Shown here one piece after another: positions 8,436 to 17,358 of a stretch of DNA of 64,000 bases. Under the pieces are notes generated by a model, which was not told where the DNA came from, made no database searches, and was given only the letters and a program-made list of their open reading frames with translations. Made by a program: the position numbers and the translations under genes. The DNA is taken from positions 19,653-83,652 of IMG/VR virus record IMGVR_UViG_3300037762_000184, one strand, 5' to 3'. Position 1 is the stretch's first letter, and every line of letters begins with the position of its first letter. The DNA is from a virus. Taxonomy: Duplodnaviria > Caudoviricetes.

Positions 8436-8724
8436 AGCACCCCTTTCGCGAGGAAGGGCTACAGGCGCGCGTCCACGCGGTCTTCAGAACGCCATCTCTC
8501 AAATCCGGGACACCGCCGACCCTGTGGACCCGGTCCTGACTGCCGAGGGGCGGGTGGCGGGCGTGCGAACACGCTCAGGCGCCGAACTAAGCGGCGCAGC
8601 ACACGGTCTGAGCTAGACGGATTCCACCGCGCTCCAGGGGCGCACGCTCTGAACGGCCTGTAGGGCTGTAAGGCCCTCTCCTCTAACATCAGGGGAAATG
8701 GGTAGGCTTTGGACTTACGCCCGG

Positions 8725-8985
8725 TTACCTCTGATGCCCCGTTCCCGCCTCAGCGCCCCGCAGCCACCGCAAGAAGCGGCGGAGGCGGGAGGGGCGAGCG
8801 GCGTACCGCTCCCGGAACTCGGCCCACTCGGCATCCTCCGCCAACCGATTCTGCGCCAGCATGTTTCGCATGCTCTCCGGGCCCGGCTGCGCCAGCGGGT
8901 GCATGTTCCGCATCGCCTCCGGGTCCTGGCAGTTCATCCCCGCCAAGCTCGTGAGCCTTCCGCAGTGGCATCGTTGGGTCGTCAT
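8725..8985 (-). CDS. hypothetical protein
   Basis: ATGA-coupled ORF. Confidence 0.55.
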   Translation of the reverse strand: MTTQRCHCGRLTSLAGMNCQDPEAMRNMHPLAQPGPESMRNMLAQNRLAEDAEWAEFRERYAARPSRLRRFLRWLRGAEAGTGHQR

Positions 8986-9170
8986 GGTTTCCTCCTCTCC
9001 TCGTCGTACATCCTCCGCACCGCCAGGTCCACCACGCGGCTGACCGGCAGGTCCATGACCTCGGCCAACGCGGCCAACAGCTCATGGGTGTCCGCGCCAA
9101 GGGTGAGCACCTTCACCGGCCGGGTGCGCTTGTAGGTCGGCTTCGGGGGCTTCGGGCGGCGGCTAGCCAC
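8982..9170 (-). CDS. ribbon-helix-helix (CopG/Arc-like) regulator
   Basis: VKVLTLGADTHELLAALAEVMDLPVSRVVDLAVRR. Confidence 0.7.
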   Translation of the reverse strand: MASRRPKPPKPTYKRTRPVKVLTLGADTHELLAALAEVMDLPVSRVVDLAVRRMYDEERRKP

Positions 9171-9396
9171 GGCTGGCCTCGGCCTTCGACAGGCGCGCCC
9201 ACACCTCGGCGTCGGTGGTCAGCAGGTGTTCGTTCGCCAGCGTGACCCTGGTGGACGCCATCACGACCACGACATTCCCCGCCTCCGGGACCACAACCAG
9301 CTTGCCCGGATGCGTGCGGATGCGCAGGCCGTCGCCGTCGCGCTCGGCGTGGATGTAGCGACCGTCCGGCAGGTCGATTCTCAGAAATTCAGCCAT
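9163..9396 (-). CDS. hypothetical protein
   Basis: Strong AGAGGAGAG RBS. Confidence 0.65.
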   Translation of the reverse strand: MAEFLRIDLPDGRYIHAERDGDGLRIRTHPGKLVVVPEAGNVVVVMASTRVTLANEHLLTTDAEVWARLSKAEASRG

Positions 9397-9488
9397 CGCT
9401 TCTCTCTCCTCTCTTCGTTCGGGACTCCGTTGCCCGCTCCACCCCGCCGACCCGGGAGCCGACGGGGTGGCACTGGAAACGGAGCGGG

Positions 9489-9749
9489 TCAGGAGCGGTC
9501 CAGGGCCGACCAGCGCTCGGCCTCCGAAAAGTCCTCACGCAGCGCCTTCAGCGTCGGGTACGTCGCGGCGTGTGGCTCCCTGGAGGCGGCCCTCATCGCA
9601 GCGTAGCCGTGCGGCTGGTAGAAGTAGGTGCCCACCGCGTCGTCGGCGGCAGGGGTGGTGACTTGGTTGCGGTCCGGGTCGACGGTAATGGCCTGCCAGC
9701 GGGACTTCCGGCGGATCGCGTAGGTCGTCATGGTCGTCATGGTCGTCAT
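9489..9749 (-). CDS. hypothetical protein with MTTMTTMTT start
   Basis: GAGGAGAG RBS; 9-bp tandem repeat ATGACGACC x3. Confidence 0.6.
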   Translation of the reverse strand: MTTMTTMTTYAIRRKSRWQAITVDPDRNQVTTPAADDAVGTYFYQPHGYAAMRAASREPHAATYPTLKALREDFSEAERWSALDRS

Positions 9750-9837
9750 GGTCGTCTCTCCTCTTCTCAGATTCCGGTCCATCCGGGCTCTGCCGCTGCC
9801 CGCCATCGAGTGGACGGGCAGAGACCGGGGTCGGGGG

Positions 9838-11427
9838 TCAGGTTGCCTTCTTGTCCACCGTCAGCAGCACGACGTTGACGTTCGTCCCGCACTCCCGGAA
9901 GCTCCCCTCTGGCAAGTCCTGGAACCGGCCGCCCAGCTTCTCGACCTGCGCTCGGAACGCTTCCGCCTTCGGGGTGCTGGCGTACTCCGCCGAAGCGCTC
10001 ATGATCGCCACCAGGCGCCCGCCCGGCTTCACGAAGCGCAGAGCGTGGTGGGCGTGGTCGATGTCGCGGCCTCGGTCGAACGGCGGGTTCATGACGACTC
10101 GGTCGTAGATCGGTTCGGCTGGCATCGCCAGGAAGTCCCGCGCCAGCACCCGAGCGCAGTAACCGGCCCGGCGCAGGTCGGCGGCCAGCTCGGGTTGAAT
10201 CTCGACCGCCGTCACGCGGTGGCCGGCGGGCTTGGTTTCCCTACGGTCGCGCCGACCGTTCGCCGCCACCTCGTAGCCCGCCACCCGCCGCGCCAATTGG
10301 CCCGTGCCGGCGCTCGGCTCTAGGACTTGCAGGGGGTCGTCGCTGTAGAGGTGCGCTTCTCGGATGACCCAATCGGCCAGCGAATCCGGTGTCGGGAACA
10401 GCCCGAAGTTGCGGGCGGGTGCGCGTTCGATGGCGCCGGAGAACGGCTTCTCTGGGTCCGGCTCCCGCTCGGCCTTCCCCCAGCCCAGCCCCGCGCCGTA
10501 GTAGTCGGCCAGAAGCCTGTTGACCTTCGCCAGCAGGTCGTTGCGCCGAAACCACAGGTGAGCGTTTCCGTTCTTGAAGACGCGAATCTCGAAGTAGTCT
10601 CCAAAGTGGCGACTCTGCCGGCGGTCGAAGCCATTGCGCCGGCCCGCTTCGATGGCGCCGACGATGCCGCCATAGGCGGCGGTCGGCTTCTTGCCGTCGA
10701 GAATCAGAAACACGCGCTCGATGTCGAGGATGGTGTCACGCACGCCGTCGTAGTGGTTCCACGATCCCCAATCGTTGAACGCATAGGTCAGGATGAGGCG
10801 GGTTCCGATCTTGAAGCCGTCGTGCGAGCGGAAGCGCCGGTCAAGCTTCGAGAACGCCGTCGCAATGCCGCGCTTCCAGATCTCCCCGGCGTTTTCCCGG
10901 AACGTCTCCAGCGTGGCGAGGATGTTGTCGACGGTGACCGGCGGCAAGCCGCGGGCGGCCTCGGCGTTGTCGATCAGCCTGCCGGTGTTCCGGTCGACCT
11001 CCTCCGGGACGTAGGCCATCTGCTTGCGCAGTTTGTCCTTCGCCGTCCGGTCCATCAGGACTTCGAGCTCGGTGTGGGCGATGACGGCTCCCCACACTTG
11101 CAAGTCGGTCAGCCGCCGGGCGACGCGCTTGTGCGCCTCTACGTTCGGCGGCTCGACAGCCTTCTGAAATTCCTCGATTTCCCGAGCGTGGCCCTCGACG
11201 TAGGGCGCTGAAAAGGCTCCGTCTCCGCAGGCCAGCGCCACGCTCTTCTGCGCCTGCCGGAGCGTGACGTGGGCGGCCTCAAGCTGGTCAAAGAACTCCT
11301 CATAGAGCCGGACCGCGTCGTCCCTGCGCGCCACGATGTTGGCGATGGTGTCGCGCGGGATGAGCTGCCCGCCCGGTTCCGGCTCGTCGTCGAACGACCG
11401 TTGCTGCATCGGCTCGGCCGGCATCAC
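9838..11427 (-). CDS. DUF4942-type domain plus SAM-dependent N6-adenine DNA methyltransferase
   Basis: FEIRVFKNGNAHLWF, FGLFPTP, VLEPSAGTG, VVMNPPF motifs. Confidence 0.85.
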   Translation of the reverse strand: MMPAEPMQQRSFDDEPEPGGQLIPRDTIANIVARRDDAVRLYEEFFDQLEAAHVTLRQAQKSVALACGDGAFSAPYVEGHAREIEEFQKAVEPPNVEAHKRVARRLTDLQVWGAVIAHTELEVLMDRTAKDKLRKQMAYVPEEVDRNTGRLIDNAEAARGLPPVTVDNILATLETFRENAGEIWKRGIATAFSKLDRRFRSHDGFKIGTRLILTYAFNDWGSWNHYDGVRDTILDIERVFLILDGKKPTAAYGGIVGAIEAGRRNGFDRRQSRHFGDYFEIRVFKNGNAHLWFRRNDLLAKVNRLLADYYGAGLGWGKAEREPDPEKPFSGAIERAPARNFGLFPTPDSLADWVIREAHLYSDDPLQVLEPSAGTGQLARRVAGYEVAANGRRDRRETKPAGHRVTAVEIQPELAADLRRAGYCARVLARDFLAMPAEPIYDRVVMNPPFDRGRDIDHAHHALRFVKPGGRLVAIMSASAEYASTPKAEAFRAQVEKLGGRFQDLPEGSFRECGTNVNVVLLTVDKKAT

Positions 11428-11966
11428 TCCACCCCCATGGCGAGCCGGGCGAAGTGCGCGGCGTCCGTCGCCACCGCGGCGACGAGGCGAACTTGACGCT
11501 CGGTGAAGTCGGCCCGGTCTTCGGTGGCAGCTCCCACAACGCGCCCGCCGAGATCAGCGGCATTCATAGCGGCTTCCAGCGCATCAGGCGTGCTCAGCCG
11601 GATCACCCTCACCGGCGGCGGGAAGGTGTCGCAGATTACGCATGTCGCGCAGAGGTAGGCGTTGTCGTAGAGGTCGCGGAAGGCGGCTGGCTCCCCGCAG
11701 TGGCGGCAGTCGTGGCCTTCCTCGGCCTCGACAACGGAGGAGGGCGGCAGCGGGTGGACCTGCGGGGCGGTCATCGGTCCGGCTCCAGGGTCGCGGAACG
11801 AAACGGGAAGATCGACGCCGGCGGCCTTGGCTTCGATGCGCTCCTGGAGCTCGGCGCAGGCGCCGCACAACTCCGGGTAGGGACGGGCGGGCACATAGAA
11901 GATCTTGGCGACACACCCGGCGGTGGCGCAACTGATGAGCTGGGCGGTGTGCTGCGGGGCGGTCAC
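11424..11966 (-). CDS. Cys-rich hypothetical protein
   Basis: Several CxxC pairs; coupled overlaps. Confidence 0.6.
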   Translation of the reverse strand: MTAPQHTAQLISCATAGCVAKIFYVPARPYPELCGACAELQERIEAKAAGVDLPVSFRDPGAGPMTAPQVHPLPPSSVVEAEEGHDCRHCGEPAAFRDLYDNAYLCATCVICDTFPPPVRVIRLSTPDALEAAMNAADLGGRVVGAATEDRADFTERQVRLVAAVATDAAHFARLAMGVE

Positions 11967-12190
11967 GAGCGCACCTCGCCTTCCTGCCGCAGACGCGCGC
12001 CGCGGGCCGTCGTCAGGTAGAAGCCGTGGCCGTCATACCGCACCTCTCCCAGCAGGTCATCGGACCCGCCGAGACAGGCGAGCAGGTCGTACAGGCGAGG
12101 CCATGCAGCGCCCGAAACGCCGAACTCCAGCAGGTCGATCGCGAGCAGCCGCACCTTCGCGGGGTCGGGCTTCCAGGCCGGGGCGGTCAC
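11963..12190 (-). CDS. hypothetical protein
   Basis: GTGA-coupled ORF. Confidence 0.55.
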   Translation of the reverse strand: MTAPAWKPDPAKVRLLAIDLLEFGVSGAAWPRLYDLLACLGGSDDLLGEVRYDGHGFYLTTARGARLRQEGEVRS

Positions 12191-12477
12191 TTCAACACCT
12201 CGGCGGCGAAGGCGCTGGCGACTTCGCCGCCGACCTCCGCAAGCGCGGTCCCCTCGGCAGTGAAGTACAGACGCTCTATGCCGTCCCCGTCGCCCGCCGT
12301 GTAGACGAGTCTGGCCGACTCCAGATGCGACAGCAAGCGGCGGTCTGCGCGGGCGCCGAGCAGTTCGACATCGCCAACTTCGAGCGGCAGCAGGTCTGCC
12401 CAGTCGCGAGCGGCCGCGTGGTAGAGGGACAGCAGGCGGAGGGCGTTCGGCGGCAGGTTGGCGGCGGTGGTCGTCAT
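12187..12477 (-). CDS. hypothetical protein (possible winged helix)
   Basis: GAGAGGAG RBS; first gene after a consensus promoter. Confidence 0.65.
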   Translation of the reverse strand: MTTTAANLPPNALRLLSLYHAAARDWADLLPLEVGDVELLGARADRRLLSHLESARLVYTAGDGDGIERLYFTAEGTALAEVGGEVASAFAAEVLK

Positions 12478-12508
12478 GGGTCTAGCTCCTCTCGGTCAGT
12501 GTGCGACC

Positions 12509-12536
12509 ATTATACACGGTGTGGAGACGGTGTCAA
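12509..12536 (-). promoter_or_regulatory. promoter TTGACA-16-TATAAT
   Basis: Perfect hexamers; two ACGGTGT copies overlap the spacer and -35. Confidence 0.8.
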
Positions 12537-12715
12537 GTGCCTGGACGAACTTTCTTCGGCTTCGTCTCGGCCAGCCACCGCCGGTGGTACTCGGCCACCG
12601 CGAGTTCGATGACGGCCGTCCGCGTCCGCTTCGTCTCGGCCGCCAGCTCTGCCAGTTGCTCCGCTGCCTCCGGGTCGAGGACGACTCCGATTCGCACTCC
12701 CTTGCGGCTACCCAT
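12533..12715 (-). CDS. ribbon-helix-helix regulator
   Basis: VRIGVVLDPEAAEQLAELAAETKRTRTAVIELAVAEY. Confidence 0.8.
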   Translation of the reverse strand: MGSRKGVRIGVVLDPEAAEQLAELAAETKRTRTAVIELAVAEYHRRWLAETKPKKVRPGT

Positions 12716-12760
12716 GCGCTATCTCCTGTCGTGATATTAGAGGGTTGACCAGTCGCCGCG

Positions 12761-12788
12761 ATTATACACCGTATCGGGACGGTGTCAA
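12761..12788 (-). promoter_or_regulatory. promoter TTGACA-16-TATAAT with palindromic operator
   Basis: Perfect hexamers; ACACCGT-N6-ACGGTGT at 12766-12785. Confidence 0.8.
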
Positions 12789-12897
12789 GCGGCCCCTCTC
12801 CTACCTAGGGGGCTGGAGAGCGCCGCCGACCACGGGGACGATTCGGGGATTGGCTCAAGATGTAGTGCAGTTGCTCCGCCCCTTCCCCCGCATCAGG

Positions 12898-12906
12898 TGC
12901 TACAAT
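12898..12906 (+). promoter_or_regulatory. extended -10 TGcTACAAT
   Basis: 7 nt upstream of ATG 12914, no RBS (leaderless). Confidence 0.6.
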
Positions 12907-12913
12907 AGGTGGC

Positions 12914-13219
12914 ATGACTGTCAAAGAGAAGACGCCTGCGCCTGCGAAGCCCCTTGGCTTCTTCGATCTGTTGCTCGCCTCGACGCGCACCTCCGGGACT
13001 ACCATGAGCCCGATGGAGTCGCGCCTCGTAGAGATCGCCGTGAAGCTGATGCAGAACATGGTCTTGCAGGTGCGCTGCGCAGAACCGTCGCGGGAGCCGC
13101 TACCGCTCTCTGCCGAGGTGGTCGAGTATGCCGCCCGCCTGTCGCTGGTAGGGGCTGCCGAGATGGAGTCCCAGCTTCACCGGTTGCGGGATGCGGCGAC
13201 GAGTAGGCAACACGAGTGA
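12914..13219 (+). CDS. hypothetical protein
   Basis: First gene of the rightward operon. Confidence 0.65.
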   Translation: MTVKEKTPAPAKPLGFFDLLLASTRTSGTTMSPMESRLVEIAVKLMQNMVLQVRCAEPSREPLPLSAEVVEYAARLSLVGAAEMESQLHRLRDAATSRQHE

Positions 13220-13419
13220 GGACCGAGCGCATGACGGCCACGAAGGGCGGCGACGAGCGCGAGCGAACGGCGGCCGAGTTCATCGCCCACCTGCTCGAAG
13301 TAGGGGATTGGTACGCCAGCGCTATCGAGCTAAACCCCTACGCGCCGCGCGGTGAGTCCGGCGAGGCCCTGAAGCGGGAAGCCCTGGAGATAGTGGCGCG
13401 GGAGAGGGCGAGGCCATGA
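13216..13419 (+). CDS. hypothetical protein
   Basis: Coupled overlap. Confidence 0.55.
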   Translation: MRTERMTATKGGDERERTAAEFIAHLLEVGDWYASAIELNPYAPRGESGEALKREALEIVARERARP

Positions 13420-13700
13420 CACGAACCGAGCTGTTGCGGCGGCTGGAGAGGCTGGAAGATCCGCTCGCCCTACTGGCGATCCGGCTGGAGCGGGGGTGGC
13501 ACCGGGCCATGCTCTTCCTCGGCGTGGACGCCTTCGACCCGGAGGCGACCCGCGCGCGCACCCGGAGGATCGGCGAGCTGACATCCAAAGCCCTGCCAAT
13601 CGTGGAGAGGCGAGTGGAAGCCGCTTTCAAGAGGATGGCGCGGTCGGCCGCCGAGTGCGGGGCCGCCCTCAAGTCGTCGGCTGAGGCGGCAGAGAGCTAG
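13416..13700 (+). CDS. hypothetical protein
   Basis: ATGA overlap. Confidence 0.6.
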   Translation: MTRTELLRRLERLEDPLALLAIRLERGWHRAMLFLGVDAFDPEATRARTRRIGELTSKALPIVERRVEAAFKRMARSAAECGAALKSSAEAAES

Positions 13701-13702
13701 GC

Positions 13703-14053
13703 ATGAACCCCACCGCGAACGAGAGCAAGGTAGCCCGCAGCCTGCTCGGCGTCTACGGCTACTCCGCCAAGTGGCAACCCGAGAACCATCGGCCGCCGAT
13801 TGGAGGGACGGGAGAGAGTCGTCCCGTCGTCGGCCGCGTCACCTTCGGCCTTCCAGACTGGACGCGCAGCCGAACTCACGCGAACCCGCCTCCCCGGTCA
13901 GCCCCGCCTCTCGCGAACGGCGCACGTCTAACCCCTGAAGAGCGTGAGACGGTAGCGATCGCGAAGGTAGGCGCTGTATCTACGCTGTCAGACAAGCTGG
14001 TCGCCATCATCGAACGGCTGGCCGGCGAGACGGTGAAGGCGGCGGACGAATGA
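13703..14053 (+). CDS. hypothetical protein
   Basis: Operon context. Confidence 0.55.
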   Translation: MNPTANESKVARSLLGVYGYSAKWQPENHRPPIGGTGESRPVVGRVTFGLPDWTRSRTHANPPPRSAPPLANGARLTPEERETVAIAKVGAVSTLSDKLVAIIERLAGETVKAADE

Positions 14054-14292
14054 AACGCCCTAGCCGGCTGGCTGGAGGGCGGTTTGTGAGCTACGCGGTC
14101 AAAGCCAATAACGAGTTCCACGCGGGCTGGGTCGCCTGCCTCTTGGGGGAGCCGCGCAAGAAGGGCGCGTCATGCGAGGCGTGGGGTGAGGGCTGGGACA
14201 TGGCTTCTGAGTCCCTCGATCCCTTGATGCTCGCCGCCATTAAAGGTATGCGCAAACTCGGACAGCTCATCGTCAAGACGGCGGACGAATGA
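14050..14292 (+). CDS. hypothetical protein
   Basis: ATGA overlap; GWVACLLGEP...AWGEGWD. Confidence 0.6.
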   Translation: MKRPSRLAGGRFVSYAVKANNEFHAGWVACLLGEPRKKGASCEAWGEGWDMASESLDPLMLAAIKGMRKLGQLIVKTADE

Positions 14293-14501
14293 GCTGCGAG
14301 CACCGCTGGCACGAGCTAACGTTCTCCTTCCTCCGCGTTTGCGAGTATTGCGAGGCCGAAGAGACTACGCCTGAAATGGCGGCCTTTCAGCGCGCAGCGG
14401 CCGACCTTAAGGCCGCGCTGTTGGCGGAAGTCGAGCCGCTGGTAGACAGGCTCACCCCGGCCATCCTGTGGCTGGACAGGCTGCTCCGGAGGGTGGTATG
14501 A
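14289..14501 (+). CDS. hypothetical protein
   Basis: ATGA overlap; CEHRW...CEYC. Confidence 0.6.
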   Translation: MSCEHRWHELTFSFLRVCEYCEAEETTPEMAAFQRAAADLKAALLAEVEPLVDRLTPAILWLDRLLRRVV

Positions 14502-14668
14502 GCGCCGTCCGGACGATCCCCTGGGAGCGCTGGAACCGCATGACGGACGCGGACAAGAGCGCCGAGTTGCGCAAGCTGGCCGAAGAGACGCGCGGCTCGG
14601 GCAAGGTGATGGTGCGCAGTGAGTCGCTGTGGAGCTACCTGCTACGGCTGTTGCGGAGGGCGGCATGA
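14498..14668 (+). CDS. hypothetical protein
   Basis: GGAGGG RBS, ATGA overlap. Confidence 0.55.
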   Translation: MSAVRTIPWERWNRMTDADKSAELRKLAEETRGSGKVMVRSESLWSYLLRLLRRAA

Positions 14669-15135
14669 CGCACCCGATGCAGCCGGTAGACCTCGACGCC
14701 GAAGGGGTTGTGCGCTTCCACGGGAACGCGATCGTCCGCCACCTTTTGGATGTCGCCACGATCGGCCTGAACGAGATCGCCGCCTTGCCATTCGAGCGCG
14801 AAGACCACGAGCAGCTAGCCCAGCTCCTCGGCTACAGCGTTGACGGCTTCTGTGACCTGCCCTATGCGAGCGAGGAAGCGCGGGAGAGGGCGATAGCGCT
14901 CGCCGAAGAGCTGAGTACCGGACGCCAGAAGGCGGGTCGCGTTGGGTGGTCGGCCGATACGATAGTTTTCGCTAGCGAGGAGGATAGAGAGGAAGCTGTG
15001 GCCCTAGTCGAAGCGCTCTCTAAGGCGCTCGGACGCGACCGACCGGAAGCTGAGACACTGGCGCGAATCGAAGCCACGCTGCTGCGGATGGAGCGCCTAC
15101 TGGCGCGAGCCGTTCCGCACGAGGGGCCGTGCTGA
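14665..15135 (+). CDS. conserved phage hypothetical protein
   Basis: HPMQPVDLDAEGVVRFHGNAIVRHLLD...EQLAQLLGYSVDGF. Confidence 0.7.
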   Translation: MTHPMQPVDLDAEGVVRFHGNAIVRHLLDVATIGLNEIAALPFEREDHEQLAQLLGYSVDGFCDLPYASEEARERAIALAEELSTGRQKAGRVGWSADTIVFASEEDREEAVALVEALSKALGRDRPEAETLARIEATLLRMERLLARAVPHEGPC

Positions 15136-15575
15136 TGCTCGCTTCCTCCCCACCCTTCGGCTGCAACCTCTGCGGATGGACCGGCGACCGGAGCGCCACA
15201 ACGCTTCACCCTTCCGGCGCCCGCGGCTGCCCGGCCTGCACTGCTACAGAGGGCCTTACGCCCATCGCCGTGACTGGCGCGAAACTCGTGAAGGAGAGCG
15301 GGCTTGATGAACGGTTTTTCTCTCCTGCGATGCCTCCGGACACGCACCCTCTACGGTTAGAAGCGTGCCGTTCGTGCGGCGGGCCAACATGCCTAGACGG
15401 CGTGCGATACTTCTTCGCCTGGCCGTTCGGTGGCGTCGGCGAGACGGTAGCGCCAGGCCTCCAGGCGGAGCCTCTGTGCGATGGTTGCGAAAAGACTCTA
15501 AAGGCCAATGAAGTGCTCGCCGCGCTGCATCCCGACCACCGCATGCGCTTTCCTCAACGGGAGCATTCGCGCTGA
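15135..15575 (+). CDS. Cys-rich hypothetical protein
   Basis: Four CxxC pairs; coupled to the MTase start. Confidence 0.55.
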   Translation: MLASSPPFGCNLCGWTGDRSATTLHPSGARGCPACTATEGLTPIAVTGAKLVKESGLDERFFSPAMPPDTHPLRLEACRSCGGPTCLDGVRYFFAWPFGGVGETVAPGLQAEPLCDGCEKTLKANEVLAALHPDHRMRFPQREHSR

Positions 15576-16984
15576 TGCCCTCCCGCCCCACAGCAGGGAA
15601 GACCGACGAGCTGGCCTTGCGCTACGTCCCCCTCGACCAGGTGCAGCGGTGGGACCGCAACCCCAAGCGCCACGACTTCGGCGCTCTCATCCAGTCGATC
15701 CAGCGCTACGGCTTCAAGGACCCGCCGAAGGTCGAGCCGGCCCTGAACGGCGGGGAGGGTGGAGTTGTCGAGGGCAACGGTCGCGCCGAGGCCCTGGCGA
15801 TGATGCAGGCGGACGGCGCCGAGGCTCCCCGTGGCATCGCGGTCGACAAGCAGGGCCGGTGGTGCGTCCCGGTCCTCTTCGGCGTGGACGCTCGATCGAA
15901 GGCCGAGGCGGAAGCCTACGGGGTGGACCACAACAACCTGACGCTCTCCGGCGGCGACCTCGGGATCGACGCGATCCTCGGCATCTGGGATGAAGACCCG
16001 CTGCGCGACCTTCTCGCCAGCCTGGCGGCTGACGGCGAGATGCCGGTGTCTCTCGACGGCGACGACCTCGACGCGCTGCTGAACCATCCGGGCGAGGTAG
16101 TAGAGGACGAAGCCCCCGAGCCTTCGAACGAACTCCAAGAGAAGTGGCAGGTGAAGACCGGCCAGCTCTGGGGCATCGGACGGCATCGGGTGCTGTGCGG
16201 GGACTCGACGAAGGTGGAGGACACGGGGCGGCTGATGGGCGGAGAGCGGGTTGGACTCTGCTTCACCTCGCCACCCTACGCACAGCAGCGCGACTACACC
16301 GCAGAAGCGAAGGCGGGACTGGCGGATTGGGATGCGCTGATGCAGGGCGTCTTCGCGAACGTCCTGATGACCGACGACGGGCAGGTGCTCGTGAACCTCG
16401 GTCTCGTTCACAGGGACGGCGAGTGGCAGCCCTATTGGGACGGCTGGATTGCTTGGATGCGAGAGCAGGGATGGCGGCGATTCGGGTGGTATGTGTGGGA
16501 TCAGGGGGCTGGAATGATGGGCGACTGGAACGGTCGCCTCGCGCCGTCGTTTGAGTTCATCTGGCACTTCAACCGAGCGCCTGTGAAAGCGCGTAAGGCG
16601 CGGGAGTGTAAGCACGCGGGGGAGGCACACGGGGGCAAGGGGCAGCGCGGGGCAGACGGAACAGTCAAGGCGCGACACAGCGGCAAGGCGCCAGTGCGGT
16701 CGCATGCCATTCACGACAGCGTGCTCCGCGTTCCTCGCCAGGGCGCAGCGAGGGGGGCCCTTGGGCATCCAGCGCCGTATCCTGCCGGCCTGCCGGGACG
16801 CATCATCGAGTCCTGGCCCGGGAACGTCTACGACCCCTTCCTCGGCTCCGGCACCACCCTAATCGCAGCAGAGCAGCTCGGCCGCCGCTGTTTCGGCTTG
16901 GAGATCAGCCCGGAGTACGTCGCAGTCATCCTCGAGCGAGCGGAGAGGTTCGGGCTCACGCCGAAGCTGGAGAGCGATGGCTAA
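15575..16984 (+). CDS. ParB-like domain fused to N4-C/N6-A DNA methyltransferase
   Basis: RNPKRHD...SIQRYGF...VEGNGR; LGRHR-like GDST, FTSPPY, HPAPYP, VYDPFLGSGTT. Confidence 0.9.
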   Translation: MPSRPTAGKTDELALRYVPLDQVQRWDRNPKRHDFGALIQSIQRYGFKDPPKVEPALNGGEGGVVEGNGRAEALAMMQADGAEAPRGIAVDKQGRWCVPVLFGVDARSKAEAEAYGVDHNNLTLSGGDLGIDAILGIWDEDPLRDLLASLAADGEMPVSLDGDDLDALLNHPGEVVEDEAPEPSNELQEKWQVKTGQLWGIGRHRVLCGDSTKVEDTGRLMGGERVGLCFTSPPYAQQRDYTAEAKAGLADWDALMQGVFANVLMTDDGQVLVNLGLVHRDGEWQPYWDGWIAWMREQGWRRFGWYVWDQGAGMMGDWNGRLAPSFEFIWHFNRAPVKARKARECKHAGEAHGGKGQRGADGTVKARHSGKAPVRSHAIHDSVLRVPRQGAARGALGHPAPYPAGLPGRIIESWPGNVYDPFLGSGTTLIAAEQLGRRCFGLEISPEYVAVILERAERFGLTPKLESDG

Positions 16985-17354
16985 GAAGAGGCCGGTGGGC
17001 CGCCCTCGCTTCGAGTTCGATCTCGCCCTGGTCGAGCGTCTGGCGCAGATCAGTTGCACGGACGCGGAGATCGCTGCGGCCTGCGGCTGCGCCCTCTCGA
17101 CGTTCACGCTGCGGAAGGCGGAGGACGCGGAGTTTTCGGATGCCATAGAAAGGGCGCGGGAGTCTGGTAAATCCTCGCTGCGTCGCGCTCAGTGGAAGGC
17201 TGCTCTCGGCGGGGACCGGACGATGCTGATCTGGCTGGGGAAGCAGCACCTCGGGCAGAGTGACAAGTCCGAGCTTGCTGGTCATGGAGGCGGCCCAATC
17301 TCCGTCGAGCGGATCGAGCGGGTGATCATCGACCCCGCATCCGAAGCGCCGTGA
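16977..17354 (+). CDS. terS: terminase small subunit
   Basis: GRPR, HTH, SLRRAQW...DRTMLIWLGKQHLGQSD; immediately before terL. Confidence 0.8.
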   Translation: MAKKRPVGRPRFEFDLALVERLAQISCTDAEIAAACGCALSTFTLRKAEDAEFSDAIERARESGKSSLRRAQWKAALGGDRTMLIWLGKQHLGQSDKSELAGHGGGPISVERIERVIIDPASEAP

Positions 17355-17358
17355 TCCC

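Noticed and set aside
15554-16768. Long antisense ORFs opposite real genes (e.g. 15554-16768, 10327-11211, 21747-22844, 27993-29123, 47805-48854)
   Set aside because: Typical high-GC shadow ORFs with no motifs or RBS, unlike the 26317-27111 case, which has a recognisable nuclease motif and RBS.
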